Assembly (NCBI GenBank): GCA_947593515.1
Contig: CANQDQ010000005.1
Location: 508 to 64,507 of the forward strand
Direction of reading: 5' to 3'
Length of the DNA stretch: 64,000 nt
Origin: an uncultured Bacteroidales bacterium
Lineage (GTDB): Bacteria; Bacteroidota; Bacteroidia; Bacteroidales; UBA11471
Part shown: positions 16,278 through 26,356 of the stretch, in pieces
How positions within the stretch are numbered: position 1 is the stretch's first letter
Layout of the letters: each line of letters opens with the position of its first letter
The notes under the pieces: model-generated
What the model saw: only the letters and a program-made list of their open reading frames with translations
Databases searched by the model: none
What the model was told of the DNA's origin: nothing
Program-made: the position numbers and the translations under genes

Positions 16278-18254
16278 ATGAAAGAAGAAGAAAAACTTCC
16301 GGCGGGTCTGCCGGAAAATGCTTTTCGGGAACTGAAAGAGGGAGAGGAGTACCGTCCCGTCATGTCGCCCGACAAAAACTATCGTGAAGTAACCCCGTGG
16401 TCGGTGTCGTGGGGCATTCTCATGGCAATCGTCTTTTCGGCGGCTGCCGCCTATCTGGGACTGAAAGTGGGGCAGGTGTTCGAGGCTGCCATACCTATCG
16501 CCATCATTGCCGTCGGACTCTCCACCGCCGCCAAACGTAAAGATGCACTGGGCGAGAATGTCATCATACAATCCATCGGAGCCTGTTCGGGCAATGTCGT
16601 CGCCGGCGTGATTTTCACCCTGCCTGCGCTTTACATCATACCCGGACTGTCGGCAGGTTTCCTGCAAATTTTTCTGAGTTCGCTTTTGGGCGGGGTTTTG
16701 GGTATTCTTTTTCTGATACCGTTCCGCAAATATTTCGTGTCGGATATGCACGGAAAATATCCTTTCCCCGAAGCTACGGCGACGACGCAGATTCTCATCT
16801 CCGGACAGAAGGGCGGCAGTCAGGCGAAGCCGCTGATTTTCGCCGGACTTATCGGCGGACTCTACGACTTCGTCTTATCTACGTTCGGTTGGTGGAGCGA
16901 GGTGCTCACCACCCGTGTGCTGCCTTTCGGCGAAGCCGTTGCCGAAAAAGCCAAACTGGTGTTCAAGGTCAATACCGGCGCTGCCGTATTGGGGCTCGGT
17001 TACATCGTCGGGCTGAAATACTGTCTGATTATCTGTGCCGGCTCCATATTCGTGTGGCTGCTCCTGATACCCGGATTCAATCTGATATGGGGCGATACCG
17101 TGCTGCAACTCAATAGCGGCGACGTAGCCGTTGCCGTCGGCGACATGACGCCCGAACAGATATTCACCACCTATGCCCGTTACATCGGCATCGGCGGCAT
17201 AGCCATGGCGGGTGTCATCGGCATTGTTCGCTCGTGGGGCGTGATACGCAGTGCGGTGGGGCTGGCATCGAAAGAGCTGCGCGGACAGGCTGCCGCCTCG
17301 CGTGTCGTCGTGAAACGCACGCAGCGCGACATCGCCATGAAATCGCTCGTGCTTGCCATTGCGCTCACGCTGGTTTTGATACTGCTCTTTTTCTATCTCG
17401 GCGTGATACACAATTTCGTACAGGCTCTCATCGCCTTTGTCGTGGTAACGCTTATCGCTTTCCTCTTTACGACGGTGGCGGCGAATGCCATTGCCATTGT
17501 GGGCACCAACCCCGTATCGGGCATGACGCTCATGTCGCTTATCTTGGCGTCGGTGGTGCTGGTGGCATCGGGATTGTCGGGCACGTCGGGCATGGTGGCG
17601 GCATTGGTCATCGGAGGTGTGGTATGCACCGCCCTTTCTACAGCCGGCGAGTTGGTTACCGACTTGAAAATAGGCTATTGGTTAGGCTCCACGCCCGCCA
17701 AACAGCAGACGTGGAAATTCGTCGGCACGCTGGTGGCTGCGGCTACGGTGGGCGGCGTTATGATTATTCTGAACAAGACCTACGGCTTCACGGGCGACCA
17801 TGCGCTGGCTGCCCCGCAAGCCAACGCCATGGCTGCTGTCATACAGCCCCTTATGTCGGGGCAGGGCGCGCCGTGGCTGCTCTATGGCGTAGGGGCATTG
17901 ATAGCCTTGCTGCTTACATGGCTCAAAGTGCCGGCGCTGGCTTTTGCGCTCGGTATGTTCATTCCGTTGGAACTGAATATCCCGTTGGTTATCGGCGGAT
18001 TGGTAAGCTGGTATGTCTCCACCCGTTCTACTGATAAGGAACTCAACAAAGCCCGTTTGGAAAAAGGCACGCTGCTGGCTTCGGGATTCATTGCCGGCGG
18101 TGCGCTCATGGGCGTGGTAAGCGCGGCGATACGTTTTGCCGGATTTGAATACGTTTGCACATGGAACGAAACCATGCAGCAATCGCTCGGTTTGGTGATG
18201 TATCTGCTGTTGATCGGTTATCTGGCGAAGTCGTCTTTGAACGCAAAGAAATAA
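16278..18254 (+). CDS. Oligopeptide transporter, OPT family
   Basis: YLGLKVGQVFEAAIP, ENVIIQ, PFPEATA, NPVSGMT, DLKIG, APQANAM. Confidence 0.93.
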   Translation: MKEEEKLPAGLPENAFRELKEGEEYRPVMSPDKNYREVTPWSVSWGILMAIVFSAAAAYLGLKVGQVFEAAIPIAIIAVGLSTAAKRKDALGENVIIQSIGACSGNVVAGVIFTLPALYIIPGLSAGFLQIFLSSLLGGVLGILFLIPFRKYFVSDMHGKYPFPEATATTQILISGQKGGSQAKPLIFAGLIGGLYDFVLSTFGWWSEVLTTRVLPFGEAVAEKAKLVFKVNTGAAVLGLGYIVGLKYCLIICAGSIFVWLLLIPGFNLIWGDTVLQLNSGDVAVAVGDMTPEQIFTTYARYIGIGGIAMAGVIGIVRSWGVIRSAVGLASKELRGQAAASRVVVKRTQRDIAMKSLVLAIALTLVLILLFFYLGVIHNFVQALIAFVVVTLIAFLFTTVAANAIAIVGTNPVSGMTLMSLILASVVLVASGLSGTSGMVAALVIGGVVCTALSTAGELVTDLKIGYWLGSTPAKQQTWKFVGTLVAAATVGGVMIILNKTYGFTGDHALAAPQANAMAAVIQPLMSGQGAPWLLYGVGALIALLLTWLKVPALAFALGMFIPLELNIPLVIGGLVSWYVSTRSTDKELNKARLEKGTLLASGFIAGGALMGVVSAAIRFAGFEYVCTWNETMQQSLGLVMYLLLIGYLAKSSLNAKK

Positions 18255-18271
18255 ACGGCATTTATATAATG

Positions 18272-18310
18272 CAGGCAGGCGCGACCCGTCGGGTCGCGCC
18301 TGCCTGTTTG
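18272..18310. terminator. Long hairpin between convergent genes (REP-like palindrome copy 2)
   Basis: caggcaggcgcgaccc-gtc-gggtcgcgcctgcctg, 16-bp stem. Confidence 0.8.
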
Positions 18311-19243
18311 TTATTCTACCTCTTGCTTAAAGAATCCGATGGAATCGAGATACGTTTTCAGGTCATGGGCAAAAACGGAGGTAAACAGTCGCGCCCCCTT
18401 GTCCCATAAATGCAGTTTGTCTCTGAAATATTCGGGGTGGTCGAGATACAGTCCTGCCGAATGGTAATCGAAAAACGGAATATCGTTTTCGGCGGCAATC
18501 TGTTTCAGCACGCCGTATTGACCGGGCACAACAATTTCGTAACGTGGCGATACGGTGAAAACCAACAGAATATCGTGTTCGCGGCACAACGATATGAATT
18601 TTCGGATATATTTCACTTTGTTGCTGTCGCATGAAAAGACGAAGTCGCTATTCTTCAATGTATCGGGAAAATGCGGAGGCGGCGGAAAAGGTATATAGCC
18701 GTTGTCCTCATTACTTTGTCGATTGACCAATAAACCTGCGACATTAGAAACAGCTTTGGCATTATATCGGTACAGATGTGAAATTTTGTATCGCCAATAT
18801 TTCCCCGCTTCCCGAAATATCGAGTCGGAATTATTGTTGCGACCGACGTATGGAGCAAAAAAAGAAATTGCCTTAAAAGGAGTCCTTTCTTCCCAAAAAT
18901 CGGCTGCACTCACCTCCAAACAAATAATTCTCGGGATATGATGCGACAAAATATAATTCAGCACCATATATTGCGAATATATATTTTCGGAACCCGCAAT
19001 ACCACCATTATAGAAATCGATATTCAGCGTATCCATCAATATGGACGGAACATAATGTTCATTACATCGGGAATTCCCCAAAAGCAAAATATCTTCTTTG
19101 CAGATATCTGTCAAATACCTGATTTTAGGCGCAGAAACATCATTGGAGTGTTGATTGACCCACCACATCACGGCACCGCCTATCCTATCGAAAGCAAATA
19201 AAAGAATTATTATAAACAATACGCTATATATCAGTCGTTTCAT
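18311..19243 (-). CDS. SGNH-like periplasmic partner of MBOAT acyltransferase
   Basis: N-terminal TM anchor; block I LLLGNSR and block V DKLH. Confidence 0.7.
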   Translation of the reverse strand: MKRLIYSVLFIIILLFAFDRIGGAVMWWVNQHSNDVSAPKIRYLTDICKEDILLLGNSRCNEHYVPSILMDTLNIDFYNGGIAGSENIYSQYMVLNYILSHHIPRIICLEVSAADFWEERTPFKAISFFAPYVGRNNNSDSIFREAGKYWRYKISHLYRYNAKAVSNVAGLLVNRQSNEDNGYIPFPPPPHFPDTLKNSDFVFSCDSNKVKYIRKFISLCREHDILLVFTVSPRYEIVVPGQYGVLKQIAAENDIPFFDYHSAGLYLDHPEYFRDKLHLWDKGARLFTSVFAHDLKTYLDSIGFFKQEVE

Positions 19244-19247
19244 ACTG

Positions 19248-20651
19248 TTAAAATTGAAAGTAGATGAATTGGTCGCCGTTCAACACGCCGAAAAGAAGAA
19301 TGTAAGAAATGGCGGCAGCAATATACATATGTCGTACTACCCAATATGGGGAATCGGACAGGTGGATATTCCAATGAAATTCATCTTTGCACTCTTTGAA
19401 AAGCACAATAGACAACGCCATGAAAATAGCCATAAGGTCGGCGAGGCGTAAAAAAGGCATTTCCAAATTCGTAAAAATGCCTTTGATAATCCGTCCGGCA
19501 TCAGAAAGCGTTTCGGCGCGGAAAAATATCCATGCGAATGCCACGAGGCAGAATGTAACGAGCCAATGGAAAAACTTGCGCACACCCGACATCGGCTTTT
19601 TGGAAAAGCCCAAGAACTTCTCGAGGCAGAGAATGATGCCGTGCAGCGCGCCCCACACGATAAACGTCCAGTTGGCTCCGTGCCATGCCCCCGAAACGAC
19701 GAACGTAACCAACAGGTTGAAATAGCCGCGCGCCTTGCCCACACGGTTTCCCCCGAGCGGAATATAGACATAGTCCTTGAACCACGTGGAAAGCGAGATG
19801 TGCCACCGGTGCCAGAAGTCGGTAACCGTAGCCGCAAAATAGGGTCGGCGGAAGTTGTCCATCAGTCGGAAGCCCATCACCCGCGCCGCCCCGATAGCCA
19901 CGAGCGAATAGCCGGCAAAATCGCCGTAAATCTGGAACGGGAAAATCAGCGATGCCAGCAGGTAGGAGCCGCCGTTGTGCTGTATCAGGTTGTTATAAAC
20001 GGCATCGACATAGGTGCCGCATCGGTCGGCAAGAGCCAGTTTCAGAAAATAGCCCCAAATCATCAGACGGATACCCTCCATGACAGCGTCGTAGTCGAAA
20101 CGCTGCTTCACCTTGAATTGCGGCAGCAGGTGGGTCGAACGCTCGATAGGACCTGCCACGAGCTGCGGGAAAAACGAAACGAACAGAGCGTAGGTGAAAA
20201 AGTTTTTTTCGACCGCCGTCTGTCCCCGATAGACGTCGATGGAATAACCCAGCGCCTGAAACGTGTAGAACGATATGCCCACCGGCAGAAGCAGTCCGAA
20301 CTCCGGCATCGGCAGCGCAATCCCCAGATGTTCGAGCAGTAGCGAGAGCGATTCCGCTGCAAAGTTATAATATTTGAACAGAAACAGAATGGCGAGGTTG
20401 AGTACGAGGCTCGCCGTCAGCCACGCCCGTTTTCCCCGTCTGCCCGTGCAACGGTTGATGCCGAGAGCGGCGGTGTAGGTAACCGCTGTGCTCGTGAGCA
20501 GCAGCAGTGCATACGCCGGCTTCCAATTCATGTAAAACCAATAGCTTGCCGCCAGCAAGAAGAGGTTGCGCCACTTCAACGCCGGAATGGCGAAATAGAT
20601 GATGCAGACAACCGGAAAAAAGAGTAGAAAATTCAGGGAGTTGAACAGCAT
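19248..20651 (-). CDS. MBOAT family O-acyltransferase (AlgI/DltB-like)
   Basis: LPVGISFYTFQ, FFPQLVAGPIER, FWHRWHISLS, WHGANWTF. Confidence 0.95.
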   Translation of the reverse strand: MLFNSLNFLLFFPVVCIIYFAIPALKWRNLFLLAASYWFYMNWKPAYALLLLTSTAVTYTAALGINRCTGRRGKRAWLTASLVLNLAILFLFKYYNFAAESLSLLLEHLGIALPMPEFGLLLPVGISFYTFQALGYSIDVYRGQTAVEKNFFTYALFVSFFPQLVAGPIERSTHLLPQFKVKQRFDYDAVMEGIRLMIWGYFLKLALADRCGTYVDAVYNNLIQHNGGSYLLASLIFPFQIYGDFAGYSLVAIGAARVMGFRLMDNFRRPYFAATVTDFWHRWHISLSTWFKDYVYIPLGGNRVGKARGYFNLLVTFVVSGAWHGANWTFIVWGALHGIILCLEKFLGFSKKPMSGVRKFFHWLVTFCLVAFAWIFFRAETLSDAGRIIKGIFTNLEMPFLRLADLMAIFMALSIVLFKECKDEFHWNIHLSDSPYWVVRHMYIAAAISYILLFGVLNGDQFIYFQF

Positions 20652-20871
20652 GGCATAGGATTGATGCGATGAACATACAGAAATATTGATGCAAAAATAT
20701 ATATAATATCCGAAATGATTAACCGATGATGATAAAAATAGAGAAATTTTATTTTGAAAAAAGTTAAAGCTCTCAACCGGAACGGGAAAAATGCGATTGA
20801 TAAATCGTATGCCGAAAGCGTGGATTATTCAAAATAATATCCGTATATTTGTAGGTTGAAAAAACGAAGAT

Positions 20872-21915
20872 ATGATACCGAAGATTCTGACCAAAGCGCA
20901 AGCCGACGAAATGGGGCAGTTGATCGATGAGGCGAGCCGCATCGTCATTGTCTGTCATGTGGCGCCCGACGGCGATGCCGTAGGTTCGTCGCTGGCGTTG
21001 TGGAATCTTTTGACCGAATTGGGAAAAGATGTCCAAATCATTACGCCTGATGCCTATCCTGCCGATTTGCGTTTTCTCAAAGGGTGTAAAGATATTCTCG
21101 TTTATTCCCAATATGTCGATTTTGCAAAAGAGCTGCTCGGTCGTGCCGACCTCGTTTTCTGCCTCGATTTCAACGAGCCGAAACGGGTCGATCAGATGGA
21201 AGCCGTCTTGTGTGCCTCGCCGGCGAAAAAAGTTTTGATAGACCACCATCTCGCTCCGAAACCCTTTTGCGACATGACGGTGTCGCACCCCGAAATATCT
21301 TCGACTTGCGAACTCCTTTTTCGGGTTATCTGTTCGCTGGGCTTGTTCGACCGGCTGACCCTCGACGCAGCCGCCGCCATTTATACGGGTATGATGACCG
21401 ATACGGGCAATTTCACCTACAACTCCAATTCGCCCGAAACGTACCTCATCATCGCGGAGCTGATAAAAAAAGGATTGAACAAGGACGCCGTGTATGCGCG
21501 GCTGCACAATAACAACCGCGCTGAAAAACTGCAACTCAACAGTTACGCGATTTCCAAGAAAATGGAGCTGTTTCCCTTGCAGGGAGCCTCCATTATTTCG
21601 CTTTCGCAGCGGGAGTTGAATCACTATCGCTACCAGAAGGGCGATACCGAAGGGCTGGTCAATGTGCCGCTGTCGATAGAAAATATCTATTTCTCGGCAT
21701 TCGTGCGCGAAGAAACCAATCTGATAAAAATATCGCTGCGCTCGAAAGGCTCGTTCCCTGCCAATAAAATCGCGGAAGAGTATTTCAACGGCGGCGGACA
21801 CCTCAACGCGGCGGGCGGAGAATTTTTCGGTACGTTGCAGGAGGCTTGCGAGGCATTGAAAAAATTGTTGCCGCTGATAGCTCGTCTTACCGAACAGGCA
21901 AAAAAAGAATCGTGA
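20872..21915 (+). CDS. nrnA: DHH family phosphoesterase (oligoribonuclease/pAp phosphatase NrnA)
   Basis: HVAPDGDA, IDHH, TDTG, GGGHLNAAG. Confidence 0.9.
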   Translation: MIPKILTKAQADEMGQLIDEASRIVIVCHVAPDGDAVGSSLALWNLLTELGKDVQIITPDAYPADLRFLKGCKDILVYSQYVDFAKELLGRADLVFCLDFNEPKRVDQMEAVLCASPAKKVLIDHHLAPKPFCDMTVSHPEISSTCELLFRVICSLGLFDRLTLDAAAAIYTGMMTDTGNFTYNSNSPETYLIIAELIKKGLNKDAVYARLHNNNRAEKLQLNSYAISKKMELFPLQGASIISLSQRELNHYRYQKGDTEGLVNVPLSIENIYFSAFVREETNLIKISLRSKGSFPANKIAEEYFNGGGHLNAAGGEFFGTLQEACEALKKLLPLIARLTEQAKKES

Positions 21916-21916
21916 T

Positions 21917-22519
21917 ATGAAGAAGATAAAAATCGGAACAGGACTCGTGTTTGCCGCATTGGCTTGTATGCTGCTTTTCTCTTGCAAAAACGGGAAATCG
22001 TACATCGAGCTGCGCAAAGAAGAAGATAATGCTATCAATAAATATTTGTCGAGCGACGGTCGGACAACGGCGCCCCTGCCGGAAGACGGAAATTTTCTGA
22101 CACTGGAAAATTCGGAAAATGCTCCTTTCTACATTCTTCCCGACGGCGTGTATATGCAGATTGCGCGAATGGGGTATCGTGATTCCACCGGCACGTTTTT
22201 CCGCTCGGGCGACCGCGTATATTTCCGTTTCGAGCGCATGAGTCTTACGTTGTGGGCAACCGGTGTCGAAAGATGGGGCGGCAATTGGAGCGATTCCTCC
22301 GGTGCGAGCGATACTTACTTTTTCGATTATACTACGCAAGAGGGTACCAATTATTCCCAGTATTTTCAATACGGCTTGGGCATAGAATATCCCTTACGTT
22401 ATGTGGGTAACGGGGCGGTGCTCAACCTCATCGTTCCCTCCAAAATGGGATTTGCTACTGAAATATCGAATGTGATACCCTATTTATTCAAAATAAGATA
22501 TAACCTGAAAGAAAACTGA
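21917..22519 (+). CDS. DUF4827-like lipoprotein
   Basis: Lipobox LFSC; LIVPSKMG FKBP-like tail; located between nrnA and glmM. Confidence 0.7.
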   Translation: MKKIKIGTGLVFAALACMLLFSCKNGKSYIELRKEEDNAINKYLSSDGRTTAPLPEDGNFLTLENSENAPFYILPDGVYMQIARMGYRDSTGTFFRSGDRVYFRFERMSLTLWATGVERWGGNWSDSSGASDTYFFDYTTQEGTNYSQYFQYGLGIEYPLRYVGNGAVLNLIVPSKMGFATEISNVIPYLFKIRYNLKEN

Positions 22520-22526
22520 TACTGAA

Positions 22527-23915
22527 ATGGCACTGATAAAATCCATATCGGGAATACGGGGCACGATCGGCGGTCGTGCCGGTGAAGGACTCAATCCTTT
22601 GGATATTGTGAAGTTTACGGCGGCGTATGCCACCTTTATACGCCGGACGACGAAAAATCCGTCGTCGAAAATTGTGGTGGGTCGCGATGCCCGCGTGTCG
22701 GGCGAAATGGTAGCCCGCTGCGTGGTGGGCACGCTCATGGGCATGGGCTTCGATGTCGTCGATATAGGTCTTGCCACGACGCCTACCACCGAATTGGCGG
22801 TAACGATGGAAAAGGCTTGCGGCGGCATAATCCTTACGGCAAGCCATAACCCGAAACAGTGGAACGCGCTCAAACTCTTGAACGAGCGGGGCGAGTTTCT
22901 GAATGCGGCAGAGGGCAATGAAGTGCTGTGCATCGCCGAAGCCGAAGATTTCGACTTTGCCGATGTCGAACATTTGGGGCACGTACGGTGCGACGACTCG
23001 TTTACGCGCAGGCATATCGAAAATGTGTTGGCGCTCGATTTGGTCGATGTCGATGCCATACGCGCCGCCGGTTTCCGCGTGGCGGTCGATTGCGTCGATT
23101 CGGTCGGCGGCATTGCTATTCCCGCGCTGCTCGAAGCGCTGGGCGTGAAAGAAATCGTAAAGCTCAACTGCACGCCCGACGGACTTTTCCCGCACAACCC
23201 CGAACCGCTGCCGCAGCATCTTACCGAAATTTCCGACCTGATGAAATCGGGCAAAGCCGACGTGGGATTCGTGGTCGACCCCGATGTCGACAGACTGGCG
23301 ATTATTTGCGAGAACGGCGATATGTTCGGCGAGGAATATACGCTGGTTGCCGTAGCCGATTATGTGCTGCACCATACGCCCGGCAGCACGGTCTCCAATC
23401 TGAGTTCGTCGCGGGCGCTGCGCGATGTTACCCGCGCCTGCGGGCAGCGTTACGAGGCTGCCGCCGTGGGTGAAGTCAATGTCGTGGCGAAGATGAAAGA
23501 AATCGGAGCCGTCATCGGCGGCGAGGGCAACGGCGGTGTCATATATCCCGCTTCCCATTACGGGCGCGATGCCTTGGTAGGCATTGCCCTGTTCCTTTCG
23601 CATCTGGCGAAGTCGCGTAAAAGCGTCAGCGCGCTGCGGGCGGGTTATCCTCCTTACTGCATTACCAAACAGCGGGTCGAGCTTACGCCTGCGATAAATG
23701 TCGATGCACTGCTGGCTGCCGTCAAAGAAAAATATGCTTCTTACGAAGTTACCGACATCGACGGGGTGAAAATCGATTTTCCTGACAGTTGGGTACACCT
23801 GCGCAAGTCGAACACCGAACCGATAATCCGCGTCTATGCCGAAGCTGCCACCATGCAGCTTGCCGAAGCGAAAGCCGCCGACGTCATGGCGGTAATCCGT
23901 TCGATGATAGCGTGA
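22527..23915 (+). CDS. glmM: Phosphoglucosamine mutase
   Basis: TASHNP, DPDVDR, GEGNGG, RKSNTEP. Confidence 0.9.
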   Translation: MALIKSISGIRGTIGGRAGEGLNPLDIVKFTAAYATFIRRTTKNPSSKIVVGRDARVSGEMVARCVVGTLMGMGFDVVDIGLATTPTTELAVTMEKACGGIILTASHNPKQWNALKLLNERGEFLNAAEGNEVLCIAEAEDFDFADVEHLGHVRCDDSFTRRHIENVLALDLVDVDAIRAAGFRVAVDCVDSVGGIAIPALLEALGVKEIVKLNCTPDGLFPHNPEPLPQHLTEISDLMKSGKADVGFVVDPDVDRLAIICENGDMFGEEYTLVAVADYVLHHTPGSTVSNLSSSRALRDVTRACGQRYEAAAVGEVNVVAKMKEIGAVIGGEGNGGVIYPASHYGRDALVGIALFLSHLAKSRKSVSALRAGYPPYCITKQRVELTPAINVDALLAAVKEKYASYEVTDIDGVKIDFPDSWVHLRKSNTEPIIRVYAEAATMQLAEAKAADVMAVIRSMIA

Positions 23916-23935
23916 TAACGAACCATACAATACGT

Positions 23936-23978
23936 ATGCGGGAGAGAAATTCTTGAATTTCTCTCCCGCATTTTTTTT
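23936..23978 (+). terminator. Intrinsic terminator after glmM
   Basis: atgcgggagagaaattc / gaatttctctcccgcat followed by a T run. Confidence 0.85.
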
Positions 23979-23989
23979 GTGAACGGACG

Positions 23990-24634
23990 TTATTGCAGAT
24001 AGGGGTTGTGCGTCTTTTCGTAGCCGATGCTCGTCGCCGCACCGTGCCCCGTATAGACGACGGTCGTGTCGGGCAGTGTGAGCAATTTCGTTTCGATGCC
24101 CTCGATGAGTTGTTCGTAATTGCCGCCCCACAGGTCGGTGCGCCCGATGCTGTCGCGGAAAATCACATCGCCGGCGAATGCCGCGCCTGCCTTTGCACAG
24201 TAATAGATGAGGCTGCCCGGCGAGTGTCCGGGTACGTGCAGGGCGGTGAAGCCGTACCGTCCCACCGACAGTGTGTCGCCCTCATCGACGTATCGGGCGA
24301 TAGGGACGGTTTCTCCGTTCGACACCAGTCCGAAAATTTCGGTCTGCCGCTTGAAATTTTTCAATAGAAATTCGTCGTCGCGATGGGCGGCAAGTCCCGC
24401 ACCGAATGTTTCGGCGGCGAATGCGTTGCCGAGTATGTGGTCGAAGTGCAGGTGCGTTGCCCATATCTGTTTTACCGTCAGATTTTCCGACACGATGAAC
24501 TGCCGCAGCCTTTCGTTCTCGTCAGGCGTGTAGCACCCTGCGTCGATGACGACGCTTTCGAGCGACTCGTCGTCCCATGCCACATACGTGTTTACGGCAA
24601 TGGGATTGAACTCGAATGATTTTATTTTCAGCAT
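23990..24634 (-). CDS. MBL-fold metallo-hydrolase (glyoxalase II/YcbL-like)
   Basis: THLHFDH, PGHSPGS, GD, GHG; start placed at ATG 24634 (MLKIKSFEF). Confidence 0.9.
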   Translation of the reverse strand: MLKIKSFEFNPIAVNTYVAWDDESLESVVIDAGCYTPDENERLRQFIVSENLTVKQIWATHLHFDHILGNAFAAETFGAGLAAHRDDEFLLKNFKRQTEIFGLVSNGETVPIARYVDEGDTLSVGRYGFTALHVPGHSPGSLIYYCAKAGAAFAGDVIFRDSIGRTDLWGGNYEQLIEGIETKLLTLPDTTVVYTGHGAATSIGYEKTHNPYLQ

Positions 24635-24642
24635 GATATGAA

Positions 24643-25263
24643 TTAAATCTGTACGTAGATGACTTTTTTCGTATCGAAAAATTCTTCTTGGAAATAATCT
24701 TTCAAATCGAATACCGATGCCGTGCGTCTCACCGGTGCCACTTCGGCTTGCACGTCGCCGCCTTTCAGGCAGATGATGCCGTTGGGCAGGGCGTTGTGCT
24801 GCTTGCTGTCGATATTTTTGCGGGTCAGCCGCAGCAGGTCGCCCAGCGGCATGACGGCGCGGCTTACCACGAAGTCGTATTTGGCTTTGTCTTCCTCGAC
24901 GCTGCAATGGGCGAACGTCGTGTTCTGCAACCCGATGGCTTGCGCCACTTCCTGTGCCACCCGCACTTTCTTGCCGATGCGGTCGATGAGCCGGAAGCGG
25001 CATTCGGGAAAGAGTATGGCGAGCGGAATGCCCGGAAAGCCGCCGCCCGTGCCCACGTCGAGTATCGACGTGTCGGGCGTGAACTGTATGATGCGTGCGA
25101 TGCCTAACGAATGCAGTACATGATGCAGGTAGAGGTTGTCGATGTCCTTGCGCGAAATGACGTTGATTTTCGCATTCCAGTCGTTGTACAGCACTTGCAG
25201 GGCACCGAACTGTTCGCGCTGCCGTTCGGTGAGTGTGGGGAAATATTTTTCGATGATTTGCAT
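24643..25263 (-). CDS. rsmG: 16S rRNA m7G527 methyltransferase
   Basis: WNAKINVIS, DVGTGGGFPGIPLA, SRAV, LKG. Confidence 0.95.
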   Translation of the reverse strand: MQIIEKYFPTLTERQREQFGALQVLYNDWNAKINVISRKDIDNLYLHHVLHSLGIARIIQFTPDTSILDVGTGGGFPGIPLAILFPECRFRLIDRIGKKVRVAQEVAQAIGLQNTTFAHCSVEEDKAKYDFVVSRAVMPLGDLLRLTRKNIDSKQHNALPNGIICLKGGDVQAEVAPVRRTASVFDLKDYFQEEFFDTKKVIYVQI

Positions 25264-25270
25264 GGCGCGA

Positions 25271-26164
25271 CTATTCCGGAAGCACCCGACGCAGGGGCGA
25301 GTTCGTTTTCAGATAGCCGGCAATTGCCCGATAGGGCAGCGCGATGCGTATGGTGCCGAACGAGTAGGGGGCGATGTCGTAGGGGTTGTACAGCCATGTA
25401 ACGGCGTCGCTGCCGAGCATGAACGAATCGTTTACGACGATATTGTCCACGTCGTAATCGCTGTCGAGCTTATCGACACTTGTGCCCGTATCGTCGGCAA
25501 GCTGCTGCCGCAGCATACGGTTTATTACGGCGTAATCGCTTTCGGCAAAGAGGTCTTCCAGCGACAGCGGACGACCGCTTTTCAAGTCGATGACGTTGTA
25601 GGTCGTGGTCGATATGCCGTGCGCTCCGCCCGTGTATTGGTACACCTCTACGCTGTATCCCCAGAAATCGTGCTTGTTGTAGAGGCTTTTGCTCGAAACG
25701 ATGGTTTCGTAATTCATCCACGCATTATCTTTCTTGCTGGCTTCTTTCCGGTATTCGCTCATTTCGCTTTGGTATTCGCGAATATAATTCTCGATGAACC
25801 GGCGGGCGGCAACCGACGGTGTTGCATCGCTTTGCATACTTTCGGGCAGGCTTTTCAGAAAGAGCTGCTGCAATTGTTTCAGCGACAGTTTGCCCGTGTA
25901 ACCGCCGTCGGGATATACGAGCGACACCTCCGCCGTGCAGGCGGGCAGGGCGGCATCGTTGTCGATATGCCCCTTTCGCGATTCGGAGAAGGTGGTGAGT
26001 TTCAATTCTTTGTTCGGTGCGGCGGCTTCCTTTTTCGGGGCGGGTGTTTCGGTACTTGTGTTTTGAGCCTTGTCTTCCTTTTCGGATTGAAAGTAGCGGC
26101 ACGACCCCAAGCCCGTCATTCCGCCTATCAACATCAAGGCTATTGTCTTATGTACGAATTTCAT
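25271..26164 (-). CDS. DUF3298/DUF4163 (RsiV-like) lipoprotein
   Basis: Lipobox LGSC; YTGGAHG; YNPYDIAPYSFG. Confidence 0.85.
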   Translation of the reverse strand: MKFVHKTIALMLIGGMTGLGSCRYFQSEKEDKAQNTSTETPAPKKEAAAPNKELKLTTFSESRKGHIDNDAALPACTAEVSLVYPDGGYTGKLSLKQLQQLFLKSLPESMQSDATPSVAARRFIENYIREYQSEMSEYRKEASKKDNAWMNYETIVSSKSLYNKHDFWGYSVEVYQYTGGAHGISTTTYNVIDLKSGRPLSLEDLFAESDYAVINRMLRQQLADDTGTSVDKLDSDYDVDNIVVNDSFMLGSDAVTWLYNPYDIAPYSFGTIRIALPYRAIAGYLKTNSPLRRVLPE

Positions 26165-26356
26165 ATTCCTGTCGTTTTTGTTTATACTGCAAATATAACG
26201 AGAAAAAATTGAAAATTCCTTTTCTCCGTTTGTAAAACAAAAAAGCGCCGGCTAAGTTTCTTCCGTTGTCGGGGCAGAAACGGAAGCGTGCCGGTGAAAA
26301 ATTTTGTCTTTCGCCGGCTTTGTCCTATCTTTGCCGACGGAAAAATAAGAATCGTC

